A DNA stretch of 64,000 nt from Paraspadella gotoi (lineage: Eukaryota; Animalia; Chaetognatha). Under the pieces are notes generated by a model. It saw nothing but the letters and a program-made list of their open reading frames with translations. It was not told where the DNA came from and did no database searches. Positions 1 to 12,544 of the stretch are shown one piece after another. Both the position numbers and the translations under genes were made by a program. The stretch's first letter is position 1. Each line of letters opens with the position of its first letter. The stretch lies in assembly GCA_051294375.1 (NCBI GenBank), contig CM119266.1, positions 10,004,607 to 10,068,606 on the forward strand, given 5' to 3'.

Positions 1-1267
1 CAATGATACAAGTCATATTTTCTTTAAAAATGAACAAATGAACCAAACCTTTTTTTCCGCCCCCCCCNNNNNNNNNNNNNNNNNNNNNNNNNNNNNNNNN
101 NNNNNNNNNNNNNNNNNNNNNNNNNNNNNNNNNNNNNNNNNNNNNNNNNNNNNNNNNNNNNNNNNNNNNNNNNNNNNNNNNNNNNNNNNNNNNNNNNNNN
201 NNNNNNNNNNNNNNNNNNNNNNNNNNNNNNNNNNNNNNNNNNNNNNNNNNNNNNNNNNNNNNNNNNNNNNNNNNNNNNNNNNNNNNNNNNNNNNNNNNNN
301 NNNNNNNNNNNNNNNNNNNNNNNNNNNACCCGTTTTTCTCTCTTTTGTGGCGACCAACTTTGTATCCGACTTTCGGTTCAAAAAGTCACCTCCTAATCTT
401 CAATCTACATCCTAACGAAACGACTGACCGGTTCGCTTTTAACGCTCTTTTTCTTGGCAATGCTTCAGGCCGCTCTATCTCCGCCTTACCTTTTATCCCT
501 CGAACCTTTTCTCGTCGCCAACCTCCTTGGCACTAAACTTACCTTCAACACATATTTATTCTGATTAAACTCACTCCAAATTGTCTAATTCGTTATCGAT
601 CCTGTCTCGAATCATTTCTCCTCTCTTCCTAATATCCTCACTTTCTCTCCCCACCCATCTCCCACCCCATTACCTTCGCTCACCCACGTCCGNNNNNNNN
701 NNNNNNNNNNNNNNNNNNNNNNNNNNNNNNNNNNNNNNNNNNNNNNNNNNNNNNNNNNNNNNNNNNNNNNNNNNNNNNNNNNNNNNNNNNNNNNNNNNNN
801 NNNNNNNNNNNNNNNNNNNNNNNNNNNNNNNNNNNNNNNNNNNNNNNNNNNNNNNNNNNNNNNNNNNNNNNNNNNNNNNNNNNNNNNNNNNNNNNNNNNN
901 NNNNNNNNNNNNNNNNNNNNNNNNNNNNNNNNNNNNNNNNNNNNNNNNNNNNNNNNNNNNNNNNNNNNNNNNNNNNNNNNGAATGTTTTTCCACGTTCCT
1001 GTTGGATTTGCTTGCTTTCACAGCTTTCCCAGATTTAAGAATTTCTACCTATCACCAACGTTTTTTTCTTTCTTTTTAAAATCATCATATAAAGCTGCGA
1101 ACCAATGAAAGGCGAGAAAAACACAAAAGGACACCAGAAGTTTTAATAAAATCTAATAAGAGTTACATGACGAATTGACGATCCTCATTCTAAAACTCGC
1201 CCATGAGAGTGGACATGCGTAAACTCAGATATCAATATCTGTTGTATTTGTTTTACTTTAACTATTT

Positions 1268-1298
<31 letters not shown>

Positions 1299-1813
1299 NN
1301 NNNNNNNNNNNNNNNNNNNNNNNNNNNNNNNNNNNNNNNNNNNNNNNNNNNNNNNNNNNNNNNNNNNNNNNNNNNNNNNNNNNNNNNNNNNNNNNNNNNN
1401 NNNNNNNNNNNNNNNNNNNNNNNNNNNNNNNNNNNNNNNNNNNNNNNNNNNNNNNNNNNNNNNNNNNNNNNNNNNNNNNNNNNNNNNNNNNNNNNNNNNN
1501 NNNNNNNNNNNNNNNNNNNNNNNNNNNNNNNNNNGAGGAGGAAGAGGAGGAGAAGGAGGAGAATTGTGGGAAAGGGGATGTTGCGAAATTATCGAAAAGA
1601 AAAAAAAATTGGCAGAAGGTCAGTGAAAAAAAAATGTGGCCGGTGGTAGTAGAAGTTGTTAAATATAGTATCTGTATTAGTAATTGTATAATTTAGCGAA
1701 GTAATAACTGACAAGAAGATAAAGATAGAATACGAATTAGGTCATCGAAGAAAAGAACCGAAATAAATATGAAAAGGAGGACGACAATNNNNNNNNNNNN
1801 NNNNNNNNNNNNN

Positions 1814-2512
1814 TCCCACGCCCCATTACCTTCGGCTCACCCTACGTCCGTCAGCCACCGTGCCCCTGCCCGACCTCCACTGCTTCCACGCGGCGGCCAT
1901 TATTGGATTTCCCTGTTGATCCGCTTCAGCGGCACTCAGATTGATCCCCATCTGGGATGACAGAAGCAGCGATGAAGCCCCTCGAGGCCGAAGAGCAGCG
2001 GACCTCCACCGACGCCCACCCCGGCGCCCACTCAAACCTTCACCCACGCCCCCGTGGTCTTATTCTTCCCTCCCAAAAGCCCCAACCCTCGATACCGCTC
2101 TCACGATTAAGCTCAAACAGCTGTTAAAAGAAACTGCCCTTTTCCACGTTCCTGGTGATGTTCGCTTGCCTTTCACGAGCTTTCCCAGACTTTGAAGAAT
2201 TCTACCTATCACACCAACCGTTTTTTTCTTTCTTTTTAAAACCATCATCATTATAAAAGCTGCGAACAACTGAAAGGCGAGAAAAACAGCAAAAGCGACA
2301 CCAGAACTGTTTATATAAAATCTAATAAGCAGTTACCATGACGAACTTGCACGATCCTCTATTCTAAAACTCCGCCGCATGAGAGTGGCACATGCCGTAA
2401 ACTCAGACTCATCAATATTCCTGGTTGAATTTGTTTTACTTTAACCTATTTTCTCTTCTCTCTCTCTCTTTTCTCTCTCTCTCTCCATCTTCTCTCTCTC
2501 TCCTCTCTCTCT

Positions 2513-2544
<32 letters not shown>

Positions 2545-3010
2545 TCCCACCTCTCCTCTCCTCCGATGTTCTCCCAGGTTTCCTTACCTGGCACACTCGC
2601 CGCCACGCGCTGCGCCTTCGTTCGGCATCATCCACGCGGTCACAACCTTTTGCGCTGGCGGCCGCGGCGGCGGCAGGCGGCGGCGCGAGGAGGAGTAGGT
2701 ATGGAGAAGGAGGCAGAATTGTGGGAAAAAAAGGCGGGAATGTGCGGGGGGAAAACAAACTTTAATTCGAAAAAAAGACGGGAAAAAAAAAATAATAAAT
2801 TGGCTAGAAGGTCAGTGAAAAAAAAACTGTGTCCGGTGGTAGTAGAAGTCCCCTGCTTAAATATAGTGATCTGCTAAGCTAATTGGGCATAATTTAGCGA
2901 AGTAATAACTGACAATGGAAGAATAAAGATCTTACCGAATCACCGTCAAATTAAAGGTCCATCGAAAAAAGAACTCGAACATACAATCATGAAAAGTGAG
3001 GACGACCAAT
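1814..3010 (+). other. Error-rich duplicate of 660-1788 (probable long-read gap-fill artefact)
   Basis: Starts right after the 25-N gap at 1789-1813. Example: ccccattaccttcgctcacccacgtccg (665) vs ccccattaccttcggctcaccctacgtccg (1821). Differences are mostly single-base insertions, and the copy reads through the gaps at 693-980 and 1299-1534. Confidence 0.9.
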
Positions 3011-4298
3011 AACGACGACGACCGACGACGGCACCTACGAAGACGACGACGACGACGCCATTAAAAAAGAAATATCCGTGAAATAGTCTGAAAATCGGTC
3101 TGTCCCGCTCGAGGAGAAAGAAAAAGTATTCACGGTGCAGAAGCAGACAAGACAGTTGTCTAGTCTATTCTCAGTCGGACCCGGTTGATGAACAAGATAA
3201 AAGAAAAGCATAAAAAAGATATTAACAATACTATTGTTAATATTTTTTATTCGCTCGTTCGTCGTCAATAGGAGCGATAATAGAAATAGACAATAAGCTA
3301 AAATTTTATACTAAAAAAATTTTGATAGGAAAGAGATGAAAAGCAGTTGACCATCCAATAAAACGAACAATCTTTCAATGCGTTGTCCTAAGTTTTCGTA
3401 GTTACAGTCTATTGATCACCCGATCAGTAGGCATCTCATGAAAATCAATCATCGTGCCTAAGTATCAAATAAAAGTACATGGCAGCATTACCTCGAAGTT
3501 AGTTGGACCAGCCCAGAGAAGAACAGCGACAGACAGACCAAACAGGACACACAACAGACCCAGCCAGAGACAGACAGACTGACGCAAACAGACTCAGCCG
3601 AGAGACAGACAGACGGACCAACCTACGCCACCGTCTGCACCGTAAAACTTTATCTAGAATAAATTTGCCTTCTCCGCCGGACCCGAAAAGCCCCCAAAGC
3701 AAAAAAAAACCAACAACACATAATATTAGCGACGCGACGACGACAGAACCGCACAACGACCGACAGCACCGAGGCGAACGACCTACGCCTCCACAGTAAC
3801 AGACTGAACAAACGATCAATCAACAGAAGCAATCAACTGTGAGCCACCTAGGCGTGAGCGCAGTAGATGAACGTCACGTCCAAGATTGATGCGTGAAATC
3901 GAGAACTGGACGACGTTGGGGGGGGCGAGGCAGAGGGCGGGAAGGCGAATAACGGATAATCATATCTCCCCAAATCGCGTCAGAATGCAGTGGATTCCGA
4001 GAAGATGAGATGCTAAGGCGATTCGAGGTCTATATAAATTCACTCGAGGAAAAACTCCGCCGAGCAGAGACGAGAGAAGAGCAGGAGAGAGGAGACAGAG
4101 AGAGAACGAAACGAGAGAGAAGAGCGGCGTGAACGGTGGGGTTGTGTGGTATTTGTCGTGTGTGGAGGAGGTAGTGAGGAGAGAGACAAGCTTGCCAGAG
4201 AGCTAGCACGAGAGAGCAGAGAGTGCTAAAAGAGGACTGCGAACTGAATTCACAAACGCAAAGACGTCGCAGATGCCGGTTATTCCTTCGGCTAGAGA

Positions 4299-4630
4299 TC
4301 ACGTGACTGATCTGTCGGATCAGATGTTTTGTGTTGTTGTGATTTGTGAGGATTTTTTTCACGTGATACCAAACGACATAACGAAGGATTAGCTACCTGA
4401 CTTTCTTTGATGTTCGTCTCATATATTAGTAATACACCCTGGCTAACGCTTACTACTTTATAATCTAACAAAGTAGTAAAAAATACACGATTTCATACTA
4501 TGAATCATAGTTATACAAATTCGTAAACAGGATCCGTTCTCCGTGATCCGTGAGGACCGACCGATCGCTTGGAAGACGCGTTGTAATTTGGGCAAGAGGT
4601 TTTTTTTATCACTAGGAGGTCACGTGACCT
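4299..4630. promoter_or_regulatory. Three TCACGTGA E-boxes (USF/Mitf-TFEB type), one inside a 14-bp perfect palindrome
   Basis: TCACGTGA at 4299-4306 and 4359-4366; AGGTCACGTGACCT at 4617-4630. Confidence 0.3.
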
Positions 4631-4693
4631 TCGTCGACGAATAAAACTGCTGACGCGGCTGATGTGAAGGAAAGTTTCGTCAGAGACAAAGAA

Positions 4694-4694
<1 letters not shown>

Positions 4695-4779
<85 letters not shown>
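4695..4779. repeat. (GA)n microsatellite
   Basis: Nearly pure GA run. Similar runs at ~11215-11247, 15038-15120, 22800-22854 and 59352-59386. Confidence 0.97.
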
Positions 4780-4781
<2 letters not shown>

Positions 4782-5143
4782 AAACACCCATCGCACCCAT
4801 CCTCTCTGATTTTTAATTCTCTTTTTTTCCAAATTTTTTTTACGATTTAATTTTATTTTATTTTTTTCCTCACAAAGGAGAGACAGAGAAAAAAAAATTA
4901 ATAAAAAAAACAACACAAACCTCCCCCCTTCTTTCTCTTTTCCTCGTTTATGCAAATTTATATCTTTTTATTTAAGAGTAAACGTCGCGAGGAGGAAAAT
5001 TAAAGCTCGTGAAGTAAAACAAATTTACATACTAATGAACGCGGATGAATCGGTTTTCGAGAAAACAAAAGGGAAAGACAGGGAAGGGAGAAACAAAAGG
5101 GAAAAGGAGAGAAAAAAACAAGAGACTAACGTTAGAAAACGGA

Positions 5144-5145
<2 letters not shown>

Positions 5146-5211
<66 letters not shown>
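5146..5211. repeat. (GA)n microsatellite
   Basis: Pure GA run. Confidence 0.97.
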
Positions 5212-5213
<2 letters not shown>

Positions 5214-5321
5214 CCTTGGCTCGGAAGTCCAGATGGCGTTACAACTTCTTACTTTTTAATGTCGTGAGAAACGAATATAAAAGTCTTTTTCGATTAAACG
5301 TTGAACGCGTATCTGTTGCGC

Positions 5322-5358
5322 GTGAAGAGTGAAGAGTGAAGAGTGAAGAGTGAAGAGT
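5322..5358. repeat. Heptamer tandem repeat (gtgaaga)5
   Basis: Five perfect copies. Confidence 0.95.
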
Positions 5359-8300
5359 AGGTGATCTCTATGAGATATTACGCGGGCCAATTCATTGCAG
5401 TTTAAAACTGTCAAACTCCGGCGCAGTTTCAGGGAAGCTATACTATAAGTCAACCGCAACTACGCCCCCACGGCGGCCTTCGCCGGGGATCTCTCCCGGC
5501 AATCCCCGCCCACAAATTCATGATCGGGGCGCGAGCAAATGGCCCACTTCTCTCTCTCGTGCACTCTGTGCTGCTCTCTCCTCTTTCTCTCTCTCTTCCA
5601 CGTCTCTTTCTGTGTCTTCTTTCTCTCATGCAGCTCAAAGTTCCTTATTTTTTAAAATATATTTTTTTAATTGACTACAGAACATGATTAATAGACTCAG
5701 GAAACAAGTAAGAAAAGATTATGAAAAAGAGTGAAAAAATAAGAGAAAGAGAGAAAAATAAGAGAAGAAAAAATTACTAAATTATTAATTGATAATTGTT
5801 ATTGATTGATTAGTGATGTTATTCTGCTATTGTTTTTATCTTTAATTTAATTTAGTTTTATATAATCATTATGCCGCGCGACTCCAATGTTTGCTGCTTG
5901 TCAACGGTTTTTTCCGGCTATTGGTCTACTTGTTCTCCAGTTCACCGTCCGCGGCTCAGTCGCCGGACGGCTGACTCGAACCTGACCTCCCGGAACGGGT
6001 CTTCTGGCTTCTTTCTCTTCTCTTCTCTTCTTTCTCGTGTCTCTTCTCTCTGCTTCTTCTCCTTTCTCTCATCCAGCAGCAGCGGCATCCTGGTGTTTCG
6101 ATGATGGCAGAGTCTCGAGATATAGCCGGTCCCACTTTCAATAGTTAATCATAATTATTGATTTATTAACAATGTGGATAGATAAATGAATGAAATTTTG
6201 TGTATAGGGCAAGAGAATGTATGCTGATTAATCTGGATAAAATTTTGTGATGGAATCGAGCGGAATGTGATAAAGGCAGTTAAAGTAGAAAACGCAAAAA
6301 GACACATTTATTTTGAATTTTCGAAAGATTCCCTCTCTCTATTGCTCACTGATTTGATTAGATGATTGATTTTGACCCACATCATAAAATCATTCTTTTA
6401 AAAAAGGTTTAAATTGCCTTCTATATCAAACTTGTTAATAGGAAGTTCGAATCCTGTTTAAAAATAAAGAAGAAAACATTTAAAATTTGAGCACTTTTCT
6501 ATGGTGGTACTATGTAATAAATATGGGCGGATGCAAATTGAAAAAATAAAAAAAATTCTTATATTTTTTATGTTAAAAACGTTCACAGGTGTGCCGTGAT
6601 CGTCGTTGAATTCTACTATTTTGTCGAAATTTGAATTTCACTTGATCTTTATATTTTTGCTTAGATGCTTTAGTACAGAGAGACGAGATGGAAGGAGAAG
6701 ATAGGAAGCAGAGAGGATTAAGAAATATCACAAAAAATTAAAATAGAGTGAGAAAGAGATAGAATAGAGATAGCAAAGAGAAGAGAAAAGAGAGATAGAG
6801 ACAGAGACGCAGAAAGATATATAGAAAAGAAAAAAAAATGAGAGGAGAGGTAGAAAGGATGAGAAGAGAGTAGAAGAGAAAGTAAAAGAGAGAGCCTAAA
6901 AATAGAAAAAGAATAGATGTGAGAAAGAGAGAGGAGATAGAGATATGAAAGAAGAGAGAGAGAGAAGAAGAGAGACTGAGAGAGAGAGAGAGTGATGAAA
7001 ATAGAAAAAAGAAAAAGAGAAAGGTAGAAGAGGAGAGAGAGAGGATAAAATAAAAATAGAGGGTTTAGGAATGAATCTAAATTGCAAATAAATTATTTTT
7101 TTTTTAAATTGGATCATTTAAAATATATTTTATTTATACAAGGACTCACCATGATGAACAGATCTCCGTGATTTGGTTGGCGGGGATAGGGCTTTTCCAA
7201 AACGTTAATCCCCATCAAAATATTGTGCGGGATTCCCCCCGCCATGGATAACGCGAGGGGCTCTCAAAAGCAGTAATCCCCGTAAAGAGAATAGTGGCGG
7301 GGATCCCCAAAACAGAGGAAAAAAGACAGTTTTGTGAACAGAAAAGAGGGCGGCAGTTCAAACTGTCCCTTATAGGCAGTTCCAAACTGCGCCTTATTTG
7401 GACGGACGCGTCATACTTATCTCTATTGTGTGATCTGTTGTTCTGGCAGTAAATTCTGTATTTACTGTCGTCCAAAGTGTAATTTGGGGGGAGGGGAGGG
7501 GGTAAATACTAAAAAAAGAAGAAAAAGAATCGTTTTAAATAGTTGAATTCTAATAAAATGGTTAAACAATTCGTAAACAACGTAAAAGGAGGGAAAAAAT
7601 GGACATTTCTTCACAGTAGAAACTCACTATTTCCTATCGTTCTAATATATCAAAACCATTTGTCAAAGCATTTGGTACATTTCCTGCGATGATGTACTTA
7701 TACATAATTATGTTATCGACATAATAACCAAACTAAGTGCATAGTATGTATATGTTTATGTAAGTCATCAGGAAGAATCTTTCCCGGAGGCGACGCAGCT
7801 GGGAAATACTTTAACATCAGACTTTTCCGTCTCGAGATTAAAGAGAGGATGAGATGAGAGATGAGAGAGAAGAGAGGAGAGGAGAGAAGATGCAGAGAAC
7901 GAGACGACGAGAGAGAGAGAGAGAGCAGAGAGCGTGAAGAGATGAGACAGGAGAGAGAGAGAGAATGCATTCGGCAATGGAATCCAGGACGGAGAAGTTT
8001 TTATTAACGGAAAAGAAGGAAGAAAAGGGATGGAAAGAAAGAAGAAAAAAATGGAAGATAGAAAGATAGAAAAGATACAAAGATAGAAGAAAGATAGAGA
8101 GATTGAAAAAAAATGAGAGGAAAGAAGGCGAATGCAGAGGTGATTGAAGAAGAAAAACAGATACAAGATAGAAAGATGGTGAGATGGCGAGAGATGGCGA
8201 AATGCCATATATATATATTACAATGAAAAGAGTCGAAAGATGAGAAATTCGAATAGATAAAAAGAAGGATAATTGAAAGAGAGCCAAATAAGAAACCAAT

Positions 8301-10483
8301 CATAGCGAAAAATAAATAAAATAAGACAATAAAGTTATCGAAAGTTCTGTAGAAAATAAGATTTCGACAGAGAAACAGAAAGCGAAAAAAAAGGAAGATG
8401 GACAGATCGAGGGAATGCCGAGAAGAAGGAATGAAAGAGTAAAAGAGAGAGAAAAAATGCGGAGAGTGAGAATTGGATTCCCTTTTGTTTGACTTTTGGG
8501 CGTCACCTCATTTCTGTCGAATCCGCTAGATTGAGTCGCAGACGCGACGAGAAAAACGAATTCGATCTCTTTTCGAAAATTCGATTTTTTTTTTGTTTTT
8601 GTTTTTGTTTTGTATTAGTTTTGTTAACATTTTTTTATTTTGAGTTAGATTGGGGATTCGGGAATAAGCTCGGACTTGTGTCTTCTTCCCGTTTAAGAAA
8701 ATCTACCTATTACTTCGGTAGTTCAACGAAGAAAGTTTTTGTACATCGTCAGCGTCAGCGTCAACGTCGGCGTCAACCCAATTTTTGGCGGGAAAGTTCA
8801 TCATGGTCAGGCTAATGAGAATTGTATCATTGTATCATTGGAGTCAAAACNNNNNNNNNNNNNNNNNNNNNNNNNTCAAAACTGAAAACCAATGAAAGAA
8901 ATTCGCTCAGCTGGAGGAAGGATCGAAAAAACTTTCACAAAATCGTCGCTTCCAAAACTCGTTTCCTATGACCGAAAAAAAACCGGTCTCAATATTCGTT
9001 CCTTGCCTTTGATGCTGAAAGAGATGAGAGAGATGAGAGAGAGAGGAGAGAGATGAGAGATTGATCGAGAAAGAGATGAGAGGAGAAGTTTTTTTTTAGC
9101 TGAGATGTGATGATGTACTGATGAGAGAATCCCCTAGAGAGAGAGAGAGAGAGAGACAAACGCGGCAAACTTCTTCAACGACCCTCATTTAGTCGAGGAG
9201 ACAAAAAAGAAAAAGCCGTCGATGCCATCAACAGATGGCGTTGCGTTGCGAATCTCTTCTCGTTGCGAGAGAAATTTTCAAGGGTCGTCATGGAAACGGG
9301 GCTTCTTTGACGGGCAGAAAAAGAGTAAAGAGGGTGTTGAAAAGGCGAATAACAGAGGAAATTCATAATAGGAAATAAGTTAATTTTCAAAGTGTTAAAA
9401 ATGACAAAACAACTTTAAAAAGACGGATAAAANNNNNNNNNNAAATTACAAACTAAAAAAAGAAAGAAAAAAGAAAAACGTAAAAGAATATAAAAAGAAT
9501 GAAGGGAAATTTGAAAAAGGGTCTCGATGCGTGGTGGCGTGACATCGGCTGGAATGCAGACACGCCCAGATTTCAACCAGGAACCGAAAAAAAGGAGAAA
9601 AGGAAAAGAAAATTATTTTTTTCCTCCAAAAAGAAAAAAAATCTCAACAAAACTATTTTCGCCAACTCCTAAAACTTTTTTTTTATATTCTTCTTTCTTA
9701 TTTACTTTGCGAAATCGCACTTGTACTATAAAAGAAAAAGAAAATCTCTCTCTCTCTCTCTCTCTCTCNNNNNNNNNNNNNNNNNNNNNNNNNNNNNNNN
9801 NNNNNNNNNNNNNNNNNNNNNNNNNNNNNNNNNNNNNNNNNNNNNNNNNNNNNNNNNNNNNNNNNNNNNNNNNNNNNNNNNNNNNNNNNNNNNNNNNNNN
9901 NNNNNNNNNNNNNNNNNNNNNNNNNNNNNNNNAAAAAATTTAAAAAAATATAAAAAAAACACTAACAATAAAACTCCATATCCTAAAAAAAATGTACCCA
10001 AAGTATCAGTTTTGGAGAAACCTTTCTCAGCGTTGCCTTGACTAAAGGCAGAGTGATCTCTTTCATCCGATTCAGCCAGGTCGGTCAGTCACGTCAACCT
10101 GCCATCCGACGCGACGCCACATATATTAATTTAGTCTCTCATAAATCCGATTTGGCCTTCATACGATAAATGACTGAAAACTTTATAAATGCGGTGTACC
10201 CTCAGTCCCTAACCATCGCCAAGTCCTGACGTTTCTCCATTTTATTTTCCGTTGTAAATTTAATTGACGATTGCAATGTCGTCGAACGAATCGCAAGACT
10301 GGCATCTGGCAACGACGCCATTCGTTGCAACCGCAATTGCGTCGATTTCGATCGAGCGCTACATTCCTCTTGGCGCAAGATTCAACAAAACGCAATATTT
10401 CTTGGCGTTTGGCGAGCTCTTGGCCAGCATGTCTTGCCAATAGCTCTGTCAGTCGAGTTTCCTCTTTTTTCTCTCTCTCCCCT

Positions 10484-10516
<33 letters not shown>

Positions 10517-11210
10517 NNNNNNNNNNNNNNNNNNNNNNNNNTTCATATCCGGATATTAATAAATATATTCATTCTGAACTAAATATTCCTGTGTAGACAT
10601 ATCTTTGTACTATTCTTTTAGCCGCGACTCAGCACTTTTCAATTTTCGAAGAAAGTTTATTTATTTTTTGTTATAAAATTGACAGGTTAAAAATAACGCA
10701 CAAGATTTTCATCGTCTCAGCTATATCAGTTTCCTCCAGAAAAATCTTAATATTTCCTATTTCACATTTCTATTTTTCTCTTTTCAAAACTCTTTCCGGC
10801 GTTGATCCCCTTAAAAAATCCCTCCTCACACATTTCCGTACCCTCGGCGGCAAATACACGAGGAATAATACATATGGCGAGAATAAGAAAACAGAGAGGA
10901 AATCTCGTCGCTGTGCGGCGTTTATTATCCTCCTGCTTCAGGGGGTTTCTCTTTGTCGTCTAGACGTTGTCAGTAACAGGCAATTTTAATATATCTTTGA
11001 CCTCAGGTGATTCAGACTTCTCGCTTAATCCTAACGTCTTTGGCGATCCGTGGCAGAGTTAGCAGCAGATAATGGTCCCTTGCCCATCGTCGAGCGTCAT
11101 AGACTATTTTTTCTTTTTCGTGCTTCGGTAGTCACTTCTCTCTTTGTTAATCAACGCATTGGTGGTATGGCAATTTGTATTTAGGTCGATGTCGTGATAT
11201 CAGGAGCGAC

Positions 11211-11248
<38 letters not shown>

Positions 11249-12329
11249 CAGACCGACACAGAAATGTTAATGTAAATGTTACTGTAGATAAATGCTAAGA
11301 AAGGTTAGTCGCCAGAAGTTTAAAGAAAGAGAGAGAAAGAGAAAGAGACAGAGAGAGACAGAGACAGAGACAGACAGAATGTCAAAGAAGAACCAAGAAG
11401 TAAAAAAGATGGAAATTCGAGAGGAAAGGATCAAGACGATCTTTTCCGTTTGCGATTCTGTCGGAATTCCCTTAGAGACCTCGCGGCGACACATCCGGGG
11501 ATTAGGAAAAGGCGCGAAGGGGGTCGAGGAACAACATCCGGGGGAGGAGACTTTGGAGGGCAGGGTGGAAGGGAAAATCGGGTGATCTGGGGACGAGGGG
11601 TGAGAGCTGAGAAGAAAATATGGGATGGAGTTTGGAGAAAGTTGAAAGTGTATATTGTATATTTTTACATGGTATTGCACATTGTAGTATGCAAGCTAAT
11701 TTGTAATATACTCTGTCGACTCTGACTACTATGCAACAGCATACGGGTTTTTTGATTCGCCGATTTTAGAGAAACCTTTTAAATTTGGAAGCGATATCGA
11801 AAAAAGGTCGTTGACTGGTTTTCAAAAAAAAATAATAATAATAACTCAACTCGGAAGAGAGATGGCGTGAAAAAGAAAAATGTACACAATTCCTTAAATT
11901 ACGAATTGGTAATCAATTTTTTAAAATATTTTTACCAATTTAATTACGCTTTTATTATAGGCGTTAGGTCTCTTTAATAAATTTTATTAATATTTGAATT
12001 CATTATAAAACCTTCGTTAGTTTTTTTTTGTTTTTAATTTTTTTTAATTTTTATTTCAAAATTACGACGGCGATGTGAATTTAATCCGCTAGGCGGCTTC
12101 GCGCTATCAACGATCGAGGTCAACGACCGCGGAATAAAATTTCAGTATCTCAGTATTTGTATTCTGATTCTCGAGAGAGTTTCTGAACTTTTTTTTTTCT
12201 CGTTTCATGCTTTATTTTTCTTTTTTTTCTTTCATATTTGGTTCCTTTTTCTTTGTGATTTTTTGGCGATTTGATTTCGCTTTTATTTCGCTTTATTTTT
12301 ATTTTTTGTTTTTCGATTCTAGGTTCGCG

Positions 12330-12397
<68 letters not shown>

Positions 12398-12544
12398 TTT
12401 CCGAAATCCACATTATCGCAAAATCGAATTCATCAGAAAGAAGCTCCGCGCGTTTAACCTTTGACCTTCGTTCGTCTCCAATTAGGTCGTCGTCGTCGTC
12501 GTCGTCGTCTTCGTCGTCGTCGTCGTCGTCGTCTTCGTCATCGT
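12330..12544. repeat. (CT)n microsatellite (12330-12394) and (TCG)n trinucleotide repeat (12487-12544)
   Basis: Read directly. Explains the poly-D and poly-ER content of ORF 12150-12572. Confidence 0.95.

Noticed and set aside
8784-8795. E2F-like site TTTGGCGGGAAA
   Set aside because: An isolated motif with no linked gene; expected by chance in CpG-rich DNA.
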